Below are positions 37,674 to 46,806 of a stretch of 64,000 nucleotides of DNA, in pieces. The stretch lies in IMG/VR virus record IMGVR_UViG_3300048575_000193; one strand, given 5' to 3'. Within the stretch, counting starts at the first letter, position 1; each line of letters starts with the position of its first letter. The notes under the pieces are model-generated. The model searched no databases, was not told the DNA's origin, and saw only the letters and a program-made list of their open reading frames with translations. The stretch comes from a virus. The position numbers and the translations under genes are program-made.

Positions 37674-37770
37674 CTAGAATTGGGCGCCCTGTGTGTGTTT
37701 CATGAGGGTAACAATCAAAACCCGTTTACGGATCTCCCGTAACACCATGCACACGAGGCGCTCAAACTAG
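37674..37770 (-). ncRNA. Candidate structured RNA / 5' leader (three-way junction)
   Basis: 5' and 3' ends form a roughly 20-bp interrupted stem enclosing two hairpins. Lies directly after the GGTGTAG box at 37772-37778. Confidence 0.55.
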
Positions 37771-37771
37771 T

Positions 37772-38284
37772 CTACACCGGGAGGGATCGGATCAGCGCGC
37801 CGAGGGCGTCAAGCCCCTCTTGCGTGTCAACATGATAGGCGTCGACGTCGCGTCTAACGTCCTGGCCGCCCGCAAACCCGTCGACGCGGACAACCTCTCG
37901 CCAGGTCTCGTTGAACTCCTTGGCGATTTCCAAGGGGACGGAGCGTTTGACCGTGTTGCAGCACCAGTAGTACCACGCCCGGCGAAACACCCAGCCATCC
38001 GCCTCGGCGGTCAAGTCGTAGAGCGTGACTTCCACGATGTCCTCGGGCTTTACCTCACAGGCACCATGGATGCCCATCCGGGCGAGCTTCCACGGCTCGG
38101 AGCCCTCCTTGTAGCACTTCCGGACCTCCGTCTTCTCGCGAAAGACGACGCCCGGGAAGGCGCGGCGAAGCTCTTCCTTGGCCTTCTCGTTGGCTTCGAA
38201 TGGACGGGGGCCGTCACCGATTACGGGAAGCCCCTTTCCCTTGACACTATTGCAGCTTGGATTGAGACTCATCACATACCTCAT
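37772..38284 (-). CDS. Hypothetical protein
   Basis: 170 aa, stop in a GGTGTAG box. Confidence 0.7.
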   Translation of the reverse strand: MRYVMSLNPSCNSVKGKGLPVIGDGPRPFEANEKAKEELRRAFPGVVFREKTEVRKCYKEGSEPWKLARMGIHGACEVKPEDIVEVTLYDLTAEADGWVFRRAWYYWCCNTVKRSVPLEIAKEFNETWREVVRVDGFAGGQDVRRDVDAYHVDTQEGLDALGALIRSLPV

Positions 38285-38609
38285 TGGGTTTGCGTGTTGT
38301 GTAAACGGTTGCCCTCCAGGCAGAATCGCCTACGGGGCTCCACCGATCGCGCGTTGAGTCGTGGGGCGGAAGGTTCAAGCCTTGGCTCAAGAGGCCCTCG
38401 AGGTTGAGCCTGTGGAAGCATTGCTCAACCAGGTGCTTGCGGGCGCGTAGCTGCGTCCCGACGTCCTCCGCAGTGACGTATGCCCCGTCCTTTTGAGCTA
38501 CAATGATCGCACGGACCGCCGTGAGGAGGCGGTCAAGTCGCCAGCGTCGGTAGGACGGCTTGAGCTTGTCGTGCTTGTCGCCGCAATGGCGACAATGGTG
38601 GCTCTTCAT
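38247..38609 (-). CDS. Hypothetical protein with wHTH-like region
   Basis: 120 aa. Confidence 0.6.
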   Translation of the reverse strand: MKSHHCRHCGDKHDKLKPSYRRWRLDRLLTAVRAIIVAQKDGAYVTAEDVGTQLRARKHLVEQCFHRLNLEGLLSQGLNLPPHDSTRDRWSPVGDSAWRATVYTTRKPNEVCDESQSKLQ

Positions 38610-39568
38610 AGCGACTTGTCCTCGAGCATCTTTCGGAAGAGCGGGCCAAGAACGCGGCTGATGGAGCCCTTATTGAGGGCCTCTTGGAAGGGCTTGTCTG
38701 GAGCGATCTCTTCCCAAACGCTCCGGCATTCCTTGTCGAGGTCGGCGATCATCTCGTCAAGCAGTACGGGCATGTCCTTCATCGTCATGGTGAGGGCCAC
38801 GCCTCGGTCCTGGAGGCGCCCTACGGCGTTCCGGACGCGTCCCTCGATCACACAGGTCAAGGCGAACTCATCGGCGGGCGTAGCCGATCGTGGGCCTTTC
38901 GGGGGCCGTTGCTTCGCGACCTCTGAGAACTTGGCAGCCTTGTGCTTGGCAATGAGCCATTCGCCGAAGACGTCACGGAAGAGCGGATTGCTCCGAATGA
39001 CGATCCCCTCGGCGATGTTGGCGGGGTCGTTGATTCCGTTGTGCTTGGCCTCGAGCGACGGGACCTCGAGGAGCTGGTCGAATGCCTCTTGGCTTGGTGG
39101 GCCTTTGTAGACCAGGTGGGCGCGGTTGAGCCCCATCTTGTCCGTGACTTCGACGAAGAGGTCATAGGTCAAGAAGTTGTCCCCGATCATGATATCGAAG
39201 GCGCGGAAGAGCATCTCAGTCCCCGTCGAATAGCGGATCCCCTTGGCTTTGATCCCAGGGCCGTAGGCTTCACCGTAAACGGTCGCCTCCGAGAAACCGT
39301 AGCTCTTGATGACGTCCCACATGGATTGCAAGAGGTTGGGCCGGGCCTTGAACCAGTTGACGGCGATGCCAAGGGGAAAGGGCTCACCGGGCTTCATCTC
39401 GACGTCATGGGAGCCGAATTGGACCTCGTCCAGGCTTGTCATGCCGCAGGGGAAGTGAATCCGGAAGTTGCTCCCGTGGAGCTTCTCGGTGCAAACGACC
39501 TCCTTGACGGCAAAGAGGTCTTGCCGATCGCGGAGGAGAACAATGGATGGGTATTTGTGAAAGCTCAT
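38606..39568 (-). CDS. RNA ligase 2 (Rnl2) family
   Basis: FHKYPSI, motif I TEKLHGSNF, VYGEAYG, FRAFDI, EGIVIR, IAKHK. Confidence 0.88.
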   Translation of the reverse strand: MSFHKYPSIVLLRDRQDLFAVKEVVCTEKLHGSNFRIHFPCGMTSLDEVQFGSHDVEMKPGEPFPLGIAVNWFKARPNLLQSMWDVIKSYGFSEATVYGEAYGPGIKAKGIRYSTGTEMLFRAFDIMIGDNFLTYDLFVEVTDKMGLNRAHLVYKGPPSQEAFDQLLEVPSLEAKHNGINDPANIAEGIVIRSNPLFRDVFGEWLIAKHKAAKFSEVAKQRPPKGPRSATPADEFALTCVIEGRVRNAVGRLQDRGVALTMTMKDMPVLLDEMIADLDKECRSVWEEIAPDKPFQEALNKGSISRVLGPLFRKMLEDKSL

Positions 39569-39578
39569 AGTGGTCTCC

Positions 39579-39998
39579 TCAGTACACCAGCATCTTGCAG
39601 CATTGACCCTTGGTGTTGCCGTAGTGCCCGCAGTGACGGGCGGATTCACAAGCGATCCAGACCTTTCGGCGGACCTTGTAGTTCTTGTCAGTTACGTCCA
39701 CGAGGCAGGGCACGCTATCAGCCGTGAGGTTGCCTCGGCAGTCAACATTGGCGCCGTAGATTGCCCCTCCGTTGGCTCTCCAAAGGACCTCATGGGCGAA
39801 GTGATAGGCGTTGTCGATCGAGTTGAACATGCACACGGGATCGCCGGGAGCCCAACGCGTCATCCGATCACGTCGAATGCCATCGGCGTCCGTCGAGACT
39901 CCGCAAGACATGGGGTCATCCATGATGGCGAGCGTGTCTTGCAGCGTGTCCCCATTCTGCGTGAGCAGTGACATGATCATGAAAGCCAGGCTAAACAT
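39579..39998 (-). CDS. Hypothetical Cys-rich protein
   Basis: 139 aa. Confidence 0.55.
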   Translation of the reverse strand: MFSLAFMIMSLLTQNGDTLQDTLAIMDDPMSCGVSTDADGIRRDRMTRWAPGDPVCMFNSIDNAYHFAHEVLWRANGGAIYGANVDCRGNLTADSVPCLVDVTDKNYKVRRKVWIACESARHCGHYGNTKGQCCKMLVY

Positions 39999-40012
39999 AG
40001 CGATCTCCTCGA

Positions 40013-41212
40013 TTACGGGTCGTAGAACCCCTCGCGTTCGTGTTCTTGGACTATGGCGTCGGCGACTCCAGCCAACGCTTGGAGGTACTGCTTGTGGTCA
40101 CGCCAGGCACCGCATTGCGGGCCGTTAGCGCTCCCTGGATGCCACTGGTAGCGGACGTTGTTGAGCACGTCCGTGATGTAGGCTAGCTCCCCGAGCGTGT
40201 TGATGACCTCTTCCTTCTCTTCGGCGGTCGGGTTCAAGCCGATGAAGACCTCGAGGGCCTCGGTGATCCCGCCTACGACCCCGGGGCCTTGGAGGTAACG
40301 GTAGAGCATGAATTCGTTGCCATGTCGAAGGTCTAGGTCAAGACGGAAGGCGTCCCGGGGATCCGCCTTCCGAATCTCCTCGAGCTTGGCCAGAACACCT
40401 CGAATGCCATCCTTGAACCATTGGAGGGGTTGTGACCCGCCTTCGTCCATTGGGCGGAGGTTGCAGAGGGCTTGCCACACGTCCTCACGGATCATGGCTT
40501 GGGCGACGTAGCGTGGGCGATGCAGATCCTCACGCAGCTTGGCGAAGGAGATGCCCTCGTAACGTCCTGGCTTCGGGCCAACGATGAGGTCACCGCCGTT
40601 GCTCAAATCCTTGGCGACCGTGATCATCGTGGCGTACTCAGTGAGGGCCTTGGCGGCCTTCTCAAGGTGCTCGATTTGGTTCTGGAATTCTGCGCAGCGT
40701 ACACGCACGAATCCCCTCTTCTGAAGGCTCACGAGGTAGCCCTGGAACTCCCCTTGGACGGTGAATCCCGCCTTTTGGAGCGCCTTGCAAACGCGCCGAA
40801 TGGTGGGGACTCCCTTCGGGGGCGCCTTTCGCTTCATCTTAACGCCGCTGGGCTGGTGGCCTACAAGCACCCTGCCCTCCCAGATGGCCTCAAGAAAGCC
40901 CTTGAATGACATGTCCCGCGTGACGGCGATGTCGTGACACTGGTTCTCCCCGACTCCACGGGTGATCAAGTCTTGCTTGAATTGCTCCGTGATGACCTTG
41001 ACAAAGATGTCCTCCTTGTAGTCCTCGATGGTCCCGTAGTCATTGTAATTTGCTCGGATCGGTATCGTCCGGGGCGCCCACCGACCGTCGATGTAGCACG
41101 CGTGCTCGGCGGGGTTGTGATGCGGGTTTTCGTTCAAGAGGAGATAGCGCACTCGATCCCCTCCGCCTATAGATAGGCCGGAAACGGCACATGTGTAGTC
41201 AAAACTTCCCAT
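40013..41212 (-). CDS. Hypothetical protein
   Basis: 399 aa, SD GAGGA. Confidence 0.8.
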   Translation of the reverse strand: MGSFDYTCAVSGLSIGGGDRVRYLLLNENPHHNPAEHACYIDGRWAPRTIPIRANYNDYGTIEDYKEDIFVKVITEQFKQDLITRGVGENQCHDIAVTRDMSFKGFLEAIWEGRVLVGHQPSGVKMKRKAPPKGVPTIRRVCKALQKAGFTVQGEFQGYLVSLQKRGFVRVRCAEFQNQIEHLEKAAKALTEYATMITVAKDLSNGGDLIVGPKPGRYEGISFAKLREDLHRPRYVAQAMIREDVWQALCNLRPMDEGGSQPLQWFKDGIRGVLAKLEEIRKADPRDAFRLDLDLRHGNEFMLYRYLQGPGVVGGITEALEVFIGLNPTAEEKEEVINTLGELAYITDVLNNVRYQWHPGSANGPQCGAWRDHKQYLQALAGVADAIVQEHEREGFYDP

Positions 41213-41232
41213 TTGGTCCTCGTTGGACCTCC

Positions 41233-41436
41233 CTACACCAGGTAGACCCCTACGGGCATTTGCCCCGAGAGGACCTCAAGCTCGCCGTTGTGCTCGACGG
41301 CGCTCCAGATCTTACCATCACGGGTTCGGGTGATGATCCCTCTGGCTTCCCCGTCGATCCCGAAGAGGACCTCGAGGTTGTAAAGCTCATGGTTGGGGCT
41401 TACTTCGATGGTCTTGTTGGCGAGATGGATCTTCAT
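41233..41436 (-). CDS. Small hypothetical protein
   Basis: 67 aa, class I start, stop in a GGTGTAG box. Confidence 0.7.
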   Translation of the reverse strand: MKIHLANKTIEVSPNHELYNLEVLFGIDGEARGIITRTRDGKIWSAVEHNGELEVLSGQMPVGVYLV

Positions 41437-41444
41437 GCCCCTAG

Positions 41445-41469
41445 TATGCCGGGGCATGTGATGGATCAA
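41445..41469 (-). promoter_or_regulatory. Class I motif TTGATC-N12-CGGCATA
   Basis: 8 nt before ATG 41436. Confidence 0.8.
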
Positions 41470-41660
41470 CCGTAAACGTTGACTCGGATGATCTTGACAG
41501 CCTTGCGGGGGAAGTGCTTGCGGGCGCGGAACCGGCCAACCTTGGCACCCTCCAGCGTCTGAAAGATGGCTGCATGGGCGCGGTATTCGCAGGCCCCACC
41601 AAGATCGTCCAGCCACTTGTCCTTGATCCGAATCCGGTAGTATGTCTCGACGATTGCCAT
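41466..41660 (-). CDS. Small hypothetical protein
   Basis: 64 aa, 8 nt after a GGTGTAG box. Confidence 0.65.
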   Translation of the reverse strand: MAIVETYYRIRIKDKWLDDLGGACEYRAHAAIFQTLEGAKVGRFRARKHFPRKAVKIIRVNVYG

Positions 41661-41668
41661 GGTAACCC

Positions 41669-42025
41669 CTACACCGGCTTGTCCGTGTCAGACGGCGTCC
41701 ACGTCGGGTCACGTCGGACCTCTTCGATCCAGGTAGCGCGGGCCTTAGCGTACCTCCTGTAGACCAACGTGCGACGAATGAGCACGCCGATGAGCTGCCC
41801 CATCCAACAAAGCAGCGCGGTTCGTAAGATGGCGCGGTCACTTGCCCCATTCCAAGAGGCCAGCCCCACGAGGGCCAGGACAAGTAACGTCTGGAGGAGT
41901 TGCGACCACCAATTGGAATTGACCGCAGATCGTTCGGTCTCGGCGTCATGTAGCTCGTCGAGATGAGGGTCATTGGGGAATCGGAATTGCGTAACGTCGG
42001 GGTGGGTGCGAACGGATACAGTCAT
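41669..42025 (-). CDS. Two-TM membrane protein
   Basis: 118 aa with two hydrophobic segments. Confidence 0.65.
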   Translation of the reverse strand: MTVSVRTHPDVTQFRFPNDPHLDELHDAETERSAVNSNWWSQLLQTLLVLALVGLASWNGASDRAILRTALLCWMGQLIGVLIRRTLVYRRYAKARATWIEEVRRDPTWTPSDTDKPV

Positions 42026-42033
42026 GAGGGCGT

Positions 42034-42052
42034 CTACACCGCCCTGGTGTAG
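42034..42052. promoter_or_regulatory. Palindromic pair of class II boxes CTACACC-GCCCT-GGTGTAG between divergent genes
   Basis: 8 nt to ATG 42025 (-) and 8 nt to ATG 42061 (+). Confidence 0.72.
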
Positions 42053-42060
42053 TGTACCCT

Positions 42061-42549
42061 ATGGACTACCGCGAACTCCTCACAAGGGACCACGTTCCCG
42101 ACCTGTGCGCCGTCTACTATGACTTCGACAAACCCATCTACATCCTTGGGATGGATGCGGATGCTATCCACATGGTGATCCGAGACGGACGGCATCCAAT
42201 CACACTGCACGCCAACCTTGACTTCAACCGAATCTTCAACGAGATGGTCAAGGCCACTCCGGCTTTTCAACGGGCCACGACGGTACTGCCCCCTGGGTTT
42301 GAAGGGACGCTCATGGACGCGCTCGAGAGCCAGGTTCAGGATCTCCGGATCACGACGCTCTATGTCTCCGGAGAGACGGTGCTGCCCCCTACCACGGCGC
42401 GTGTAGTCATTGCGCCGGAGTACGCCTTCCCCGATGGTGTCATTGTAGGTCTTCCGGAGCCAGAATTCCTCGGGATGAACCCCTGGTCCGAAGGGCGCGA
42501 TGGCATAGCCTTCGTCTTTGGTAACGTTGCTTGCGTGAGGCTGTCATGA
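42061..42549 (+). CDS. Hypothetical protein
   Basis: 162 aa. Confidence 0.7.
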   Translation: MDYRELLTRDHVPDLCAVYYDFDKPIYILGMDADAIHMVIRDGRHPITLHANLDFNRIFNEMVKATPAFQRATTVLPPGFEGTLMDALESQVQDLRITTLYVSGETVLPPTTARVVIAPEYAFPDGVIVGLPEPEFLGMNPWSEGRDGIAFVFGNVACVRLS

Positions 42550-42761
42550 CCGATAAACCCCCAAGTCCCGACGAGCTTGTCAAAGACGCGCTCAGCTCAG
42601 CCGAGGGGAGGACGCGCCTAGCGGCGTCCTTGCACGATGTCATCCGAAAGGAGCAGCATCGCCGAGCCTCTGAGCCCCTATGTCACCGGGTCTGCCATCC
42701 CTTCCTTGGCCGCAGCGGGTTCAAAGACACTTGCCCGATCTGCGGTTTCAAAGCTTCCTGA
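42546..42761 (+). CDS. Small Zn-finger-like protein
   Basis: CHRVCH...TCPICG. Confidence 0.6.
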   Translation: MTDKPPSPDELVKDALSSAEGRTRLAASLHDVIRKEQHRRASEPLCHRVCHPFLGRSGFKDTCPICGFKAS

Positions 42762-43119
42762 CCAGCTCCACGTTGATGTTCGGCCCTACCGGGCGGTGCA
42801 TCAAGACCTCTCGGAACGTCTCGTAATCAGGGTGAATCACGCAGAACGTGTAGCGATCCGGGTCCTCGCTGCACCCTGAATCTACGTGGAGGTACTCGTA
42901 CTCCCCTTTGACGTCCGTTGTGACGTAGTTCGGATCAGCGTCGTCACAAGGCACGTCCCCCGCCGCAAGGGATACGTGCGCGCCAACAACGACAACGTCA
43001 GGGTCATACGGCCCCGGACGAATGCCGCCTAGCTTACCCTCACCAACACGGCCTCCATCGATCTTGGCGTAGTTTCCGCAGGAGCAAAGGGCGATGAGAA
43101 TGGGGATGAGACGTCGCAT
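42748..43119 (-). CDS. Lipoprotein
   Basis: MRRLIPILIALCSC signal/lipobox. Confidence 0.65.
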   Translation of the reverse strand: MRRLIPILIALCSCGNYAKIDGGRVGEGKLGGIRPGPYDPDVVVVGAHVSLAAGDVPCDDADPNYVTTDVKGEYEYLHVDSGCSEDPDRYTFCVIHPDYETFREVLMHRPVGPNINVELVRKL

Positions 43120-43121
43120 GG

Positions 43122-43772
43122 TTAAATCCAATCTACCTCGAGGTGCTCGAAGAAGTCCTCTGGAGGCTTCGGCGGCGGTGGCGGCAAGGGCGGAGCCTTC
43201 GGAAGCGTGAATCCGTCCGTGTTGTTGTCTACGATGATCGCGAATTCAACCTGACGGTGGCCTAGTTTGGTGAGCTGGCGTTCCAATCCGTCAATGTCGA
43301 ATTGGAGGATGTCCACGAAGGCGAAGAAGAGCTTGCGTCCGCCGAGGGCCTCGCTTGCGACGCGGTAGATCTCGTCGAGGACGTCCCTCCAGTGTGACTC
43401 CGCTCGAATGGCCGCCATCATGTCCTCTGCGGCGTCGTCAGAGGAGTAGTATGGGACGGCGTTCGGATGGATATCGCCATCCTCGTCATAGACGCGCCGC
43501 CTTTGCCCAGGCTTGACGATCAAGCGAGCCCGGTCTTGGAAGAGGCTTGTGACGAGGCGCTGGATCTCTTCGCTTAGGTGCGTTTCTTTCGAGACGGCCT
43601 CTTGGGCCTTGAGCGCAAGGATACACACGAGGTCGTGGCCCTCGAAGTCTACGTCGTAGACGGGGATCCCAACCGCCCCGCCTTGGCCGATGTATGCGCG
43701 GACGTTTTCAACCGTGTCCTGGTAGACGCGTTGAGGCGGGCGGATCGTTGGGAGGAAGTCAAGGCTCGGCAT
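43122..43772 (-). CDS. Hypothetical protein ending PPPPPKPPEDFFEHLEVDWI
   Basis: 216 aa. Confidence 0.75.
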   Translation of the reverse strand: MPSLDFLPTIRPPQRVYQDTVENVRAYIGQGGAVGIPVYDVDFEGHDLVCILALKAQEAVSKETHLSEEIQRLVTSLFQDRARLIVKPGQRRRVYDEDGDIHPNAVPYYSSDDAAEDMMAAIRAESHWRDVLDEIYRVASEALGGRKLFFAFVDILQFDIDGLERQLTKLGHRQVEFAIIVDNNTDGFTLPKAPPLPPPPPKPPEDFFEHLEVDWI

Positions 43773-44109
43773 TGCTTGTCTCCAGCATCACGGTTCTGTC
43801 AGGGAAGACCACGGAGACGCGCTCTTGGTGGCAAAGCTCCATCAGCCCCTTTGCGATGGTAAGCGCCTCCTCTTCGATTCGCTCGATCTCCTTGGGGAAG
43901 CGTGGGTACCGGATCAGCCCGATGATAACCCCAGGCTCCGCGCCGTCCATGTAGATGAACTCCGTAGGGGTGAGGGTGACGCCCGTCTTCTCCCGGGTGC
44001 AATAGTCCTTCAGCCACCTTCGGACCACGTTTTCCGTCGTGTAGCTATTGGTGTACCCGTGTCGAAGGCCAACATAGACGTTGGCCGTGTAGGTCGGAAT
44101 GGTCTTCAC
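43759..44109 (-). CDS. Hypothetical protein
   Basis: 116 aa, SD AGGGGGAG. Confidence 0.7.
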   Translation of the reverse strand: MKTIPTYTANVYVGLRHGYTNSYTTENVVRRWLKDYCTREKTGVTLTPTEFIYMDGAEPGVIIGLIRYPRFPKEIERIEEEALTIAKGLMELCHQERVSVVFPDRTVMLETSNAEP

Positions 44110-44552
44110 TTCTCCCCCTTCCGTAGCGTGAAGGGTCCCCTATGTAGCGGGCAGGACGCCGGGAGCGTCCCGTCCTTCGGCATGTCCTTGATGACACTTC
44201 GCTGAAGCCCACAAAGAGGCCAGGGATAGGCAACGTGGCAAGGACACAGCGAGCATCGTGGGATGCTTGCCTCAAAGGGTAAGGTCCCCCGAAGGTAGAC
44301 GCTAACCCACGGGGGCTCGATGCCGGGGGATTCGGAAGAGATTGGCTTGACGGGCATCCCCTTGGGTTTGGTCGTCACGTACTTGCAAGGCGGGTAGTCC
44401 TTATCGTTCGGGCGCCCGTTGGACGTCGCGTTACATCCGCAGACCTTGCACTTGTAGACCGTGCTGTAGCCGTCCCCGGCGTCCCCCACATTGTCCCAAT
44501 GATGGGGCGCTCTGAGCTTGATCTTCGCGATGGGCATTTTAGTGTCAGACAT
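44106..44552 (-). CDS. Cys-rich hypothetical protein
   Basis: 148 aa from MSDTK. Confidence 0.6.
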   Translation of the reverse strand: MSDTKMPIAKIKLRAPHHWDNVGDAGDGYSTVYKCKVCGCNATSNGRPNDKDYPPCKYVTTKPKGMPVKPISSESPGIEPPWVSVYLRGTLPFEASIPRCSLCPCHVAYPWPLCGLQRSVIKDMPKDGTLPASCPLHRGPFTLRKGEK

Positions 44553-44862
44553 GACGCCTCCCCTCTTCAGCGGCCTTTTCGAGGACATCGTAGAGGTCCG
44601 GATCGTCCGCCGCGATCGTTGCAGCGGCCTCTTCAGCTCGCAACTTCTCCCAAGCCTTGAGCCGCGCGTCCCAATCGGCCTTATCCGGGTCGACGGGGGC
44701 CTCACGGATGAAGGGCGCGATCGGCGGAGGAAGCCCTCCAAGCTCGTTCGTCGTGTAGAGGCGCCGAGGCTTCCGGTTGACTGTCATGTAGTGGTACAGC
44801 GCGAACCAACCAGCCATGCCCAGCGCTACGCAAGCAACGAGGAAGAAGAAGCCCTCTAGCAT
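44545..44862 (-). CDS. Membrane-anchored protein
   Basis: N-terminal TM helix. Confidence 0.65.
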   Translation of the reverse strand: MLEGFFFLVACVALGMAGWFALYHYMTVNRKPRRLYTTNELGGLPPPIAPFIREAPVDPDKADWDARLKAWEKLRAEEAAATIAADDPDLYDVLEKAAEEGRRHV

Positions 44863-45062
44863 GGGGCCACCTTCGCTTGAGATTGGGCCTTCGCAGCCTT
44901 GGCTGCACACTCAGGGCACGTCCATTCGGCAGCAGCTCCAAGGCGCAAGAAGACGGGACGCCAGCCCTTCTTGCGGGCGGTCTCGGTGAGGGCCACGATG
45001 TCATAACCGGGACGAGAGAGGGTCTTTTGGCAGTACAGGCAGGATAGTGTTGAGGTGTACAT
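44856..45062 (-). CDS. Small Zn-ribbon protein
   Basis: CLYC...WTCPEC. Confidence 0.65.
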   Translation of the reverse strand: MYTSTLSCLYCQKTLSRPGYDIVALTETARKKGWRPVFLRLGAAAEWTCPECAAKAAKAQSQAKVAPC

Positions 45063-45085
45063 GAGGGGTCCTTTCTCGCGGGTGT

Positions 45086-45110
45086 TATGCCGCAAGGGGT
45101 GGGCGATCAA
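45086..45110 (-). promoter_or_regulatory. Class I motif TTGATC-N12-CGGCATA
   Basis: 23 nt before ATG 45062. Confidence 0.75.
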
Positions 45111-45120
45111 TCAGAAAGCA

Positions 45121-45621
45121 CTACGGTGTCATCGTTGGTAGGAGGACGAGACGCTTGGGGCAGCCTTCGTAGCTACCCGTGAACGGGGTCCTCCAAGCAT
45201 CTCCCATGAGGGCGGCAAATCCTAGAAGTCGTGGACCCGCCTTGTCTTTGGCAACCGTAAGCTCCCAAGGCGTGAGCTTGGCCTCACGGATCTTGAATTC
45301 ACGCTTCTTCGGCGATCGGACCGTGAGGACGCCGTCCTTGAACACTGCCTTGGCGTCAGGCGGGTTGTAGTTGTAGCCCGGGGAGATGTCGTGGTTGTGG
45401 TATGAGTACTCCACCATGAGGGCATGTAGGGAGGGGTAGTAACCGTCCTCTCCAACGGTATCCTCCGTCCAGAAGCCAAGGTCCGTGGCATGTAGGCGGA
45501 AGGATTGCCCGTCATCGGTCTTGAAGAGGCACACTCCCTCCGTAGCGTTCGCGGGTTCGACTGCGACGATGCGTTTGCCCACCAGGCGGTCTTGGAGATC
45601 TTTGAGAGCGTCCTTGCTCAC
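45121..45621 (-). CDS. Hypothetical protein
   Basis: 166 aa from GTG. Confidence 0.7.
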   Translation of the reverse strand: MSKDALKDLQDRLVGKRIVAVEPANATEGVCLFKTDDGQSFRLHATDLGFWTEDTVGEDGYYPSLHALMVEYSYHNHDISPGYNYNPPDAKAVFKDGVLTVRSPKKREFKIREAKLTPWELTVAKDKAGPRLLGFAALMGDAWRTPFTGSYEGCPKRLVLLPTMTP

Positions 45622-45968
45622 GCGGCGCCCCCATTCTTGGAACTGTCGATGACCTCGGGAGGGCCTACCTCCCCGTCCATGAAGTCTGCGGAGCACCAGA
45701 CGATTTGAAAGGCGTCACCCTCCAAGGGGGTGCAGATAGCCAGCCAGATGGAGGCTACGGCCCCCGATGCTAAATCCAAGGGACCTGCCTTGGCGGCCTC
45801 CGGGGCGGCCTCGGGGTCCTCGGCGATGAGCTGCTCCCGAGGGGTTGCATTGATGACGAGATTCTTGGTGCCCATCCATACGACCAAAACGTGGTCGGGA
45901 GGGCTGTTGAGCGCTACGGCTCGTATTGCGTTCCAGTTGTTGTGAATGAAGGCCGCGATATCTTGCAT
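45618..45968 (-). CDS. Hypothetical protein
   Basis: 116 aa, 9 nt after a GGTGTAG box. Confidence 0.65.
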   Translation of the reverse strand: MQDIAAFIHNNWNAIRAVALNSPPDHVLVVWMGTKNLVINATPREQLIAEDPEAAPEAAKAGPLDLASGAVASIWLAICTPLEGDAFQIVWCSADFMDGEVGPPEVIDSSKNGGAA

Positions 45969-45986
45969 GCCCTCATTCTACACCGC

Positions 45987-46169
45987 TTAGTAGCGGTAGA
46001 GCTTCTTTCGCGAGGGCTTCCAAGCCGCGCGGAGATCCCGATTGCCCTCATCCTCACCGATGCGCACAAGGTAACCTGCGGGGATGTCCTTGCGGCAACG
46101 GATCTCGGCGTTCCAGAGGTGCGCGTAGATCCCCTTCTTGAGGGTCTCCCGGTCGGTCACGAAGTCCAC
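45987..46169 (-). CDS. Small hypothetical protein
   Basis: 60 aa. Confidence 0.5.
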   Translation of the reverse strand: MDFVTDRETLKKGIYAHLWNAEIRCRKDIPAGYLVRIGEDEGNRDLRAAWKPSRKKLYRY

Positions 46170-46210
46170 GATATCGCGGCAGAACTTTCGAACGCAAGCG
46201 AAGTAAGGGC

Positions 46211-46290
46211 CAACACTCCAAAAGTGGCTGGCGACAGGCTCAACACTCCAAAAGTGGCTGCACTAAGGACCAGCACTCCAAGATGGGCTG
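46211..46290. repeat. 20-bp direct repeats at a 30-bp period (CAACACTCCAAAAGTGGCTG x2 plus one degenerate copy)
   Basis: Starts at 46211, 46241 and 46271, with unrelated 10-nt spacers. Confidence 0.9.
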
Positions 46291-46327
46291 GTGTAAATCA
46301 ACACCTGCTTGAGCAGGATGGGTTTTA

Positions 46328-46423
46328 GTTCTTTTGCTCCACCGGGGCAAGGGAGCAACGTTCTTTTGCTCCACCGGGGCAAGGGAGCAACGTTCTTTTG
46401 TTCCACCAGGGCAAGGGAACAAC
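46328..46423. repeat. Three tandem 32-bp hairpin-forming repeats
   Basis: GTTCTTTTGCTCCACCGGGGCAAGGGAGCAAC at 46328 and 46360, variant at 46392. Confidence 0.95.
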
Positions 46424-46448
46424 ATGCCCTATACGCAATATAGAAGGA

Positions 46449-46802
46449 TTAATGGTCTTGTGCGGGGTTGGCTTCGGCTTCAGAGGCATACAGCTCACTT
46501 TCTTCGAACACTTTCATGGCGCGTCCACCGGACACTTCATAGCGCACCCTACAGCCTCTTGAAGCACACTTGGTGGCCATCACACGTATGACCGTAAACG
46601 GTTCGGCCGACACCACCAACTCTTCCAACGTATTCTTTTCGCCATGGCACTCAGGGCACGTGAAGGTCTTACCTGTGATGACCGCCTCACCCGTGCTGTT
46701 GCAAATCACGCACTGCACGGGTACCTGTCGTTTCTTGGACACCCTTGCGTAGACTGTTTGGCCCACGTCGTACAGAAAGTTGAAGCTGTTTGTGCTTACC
46801 AT
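46449..46802 (-). CDS. Zn-ribbon protein
   Basis: CVICNSTG...TCPECHG. Confidence 0.7.
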   Translation of the reverse strand: MVSTNSFNFLYDVGQTVYARVSKKRQVPVQCVICNSTGEAVITGKTFTCPECHGEKNTLEELVVSAEPFTVIRVMATKCASRGCRVRYEVSGGRAMKVFEESELYASEAEANPAQDH

Positions 46803-46806
46803 TGTG

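Noticed and set aside
46211-46423. CRISPR array
   Set aside because: Spacers are 10 nt or absent, there are only three units per set, and no cas genes are in the window
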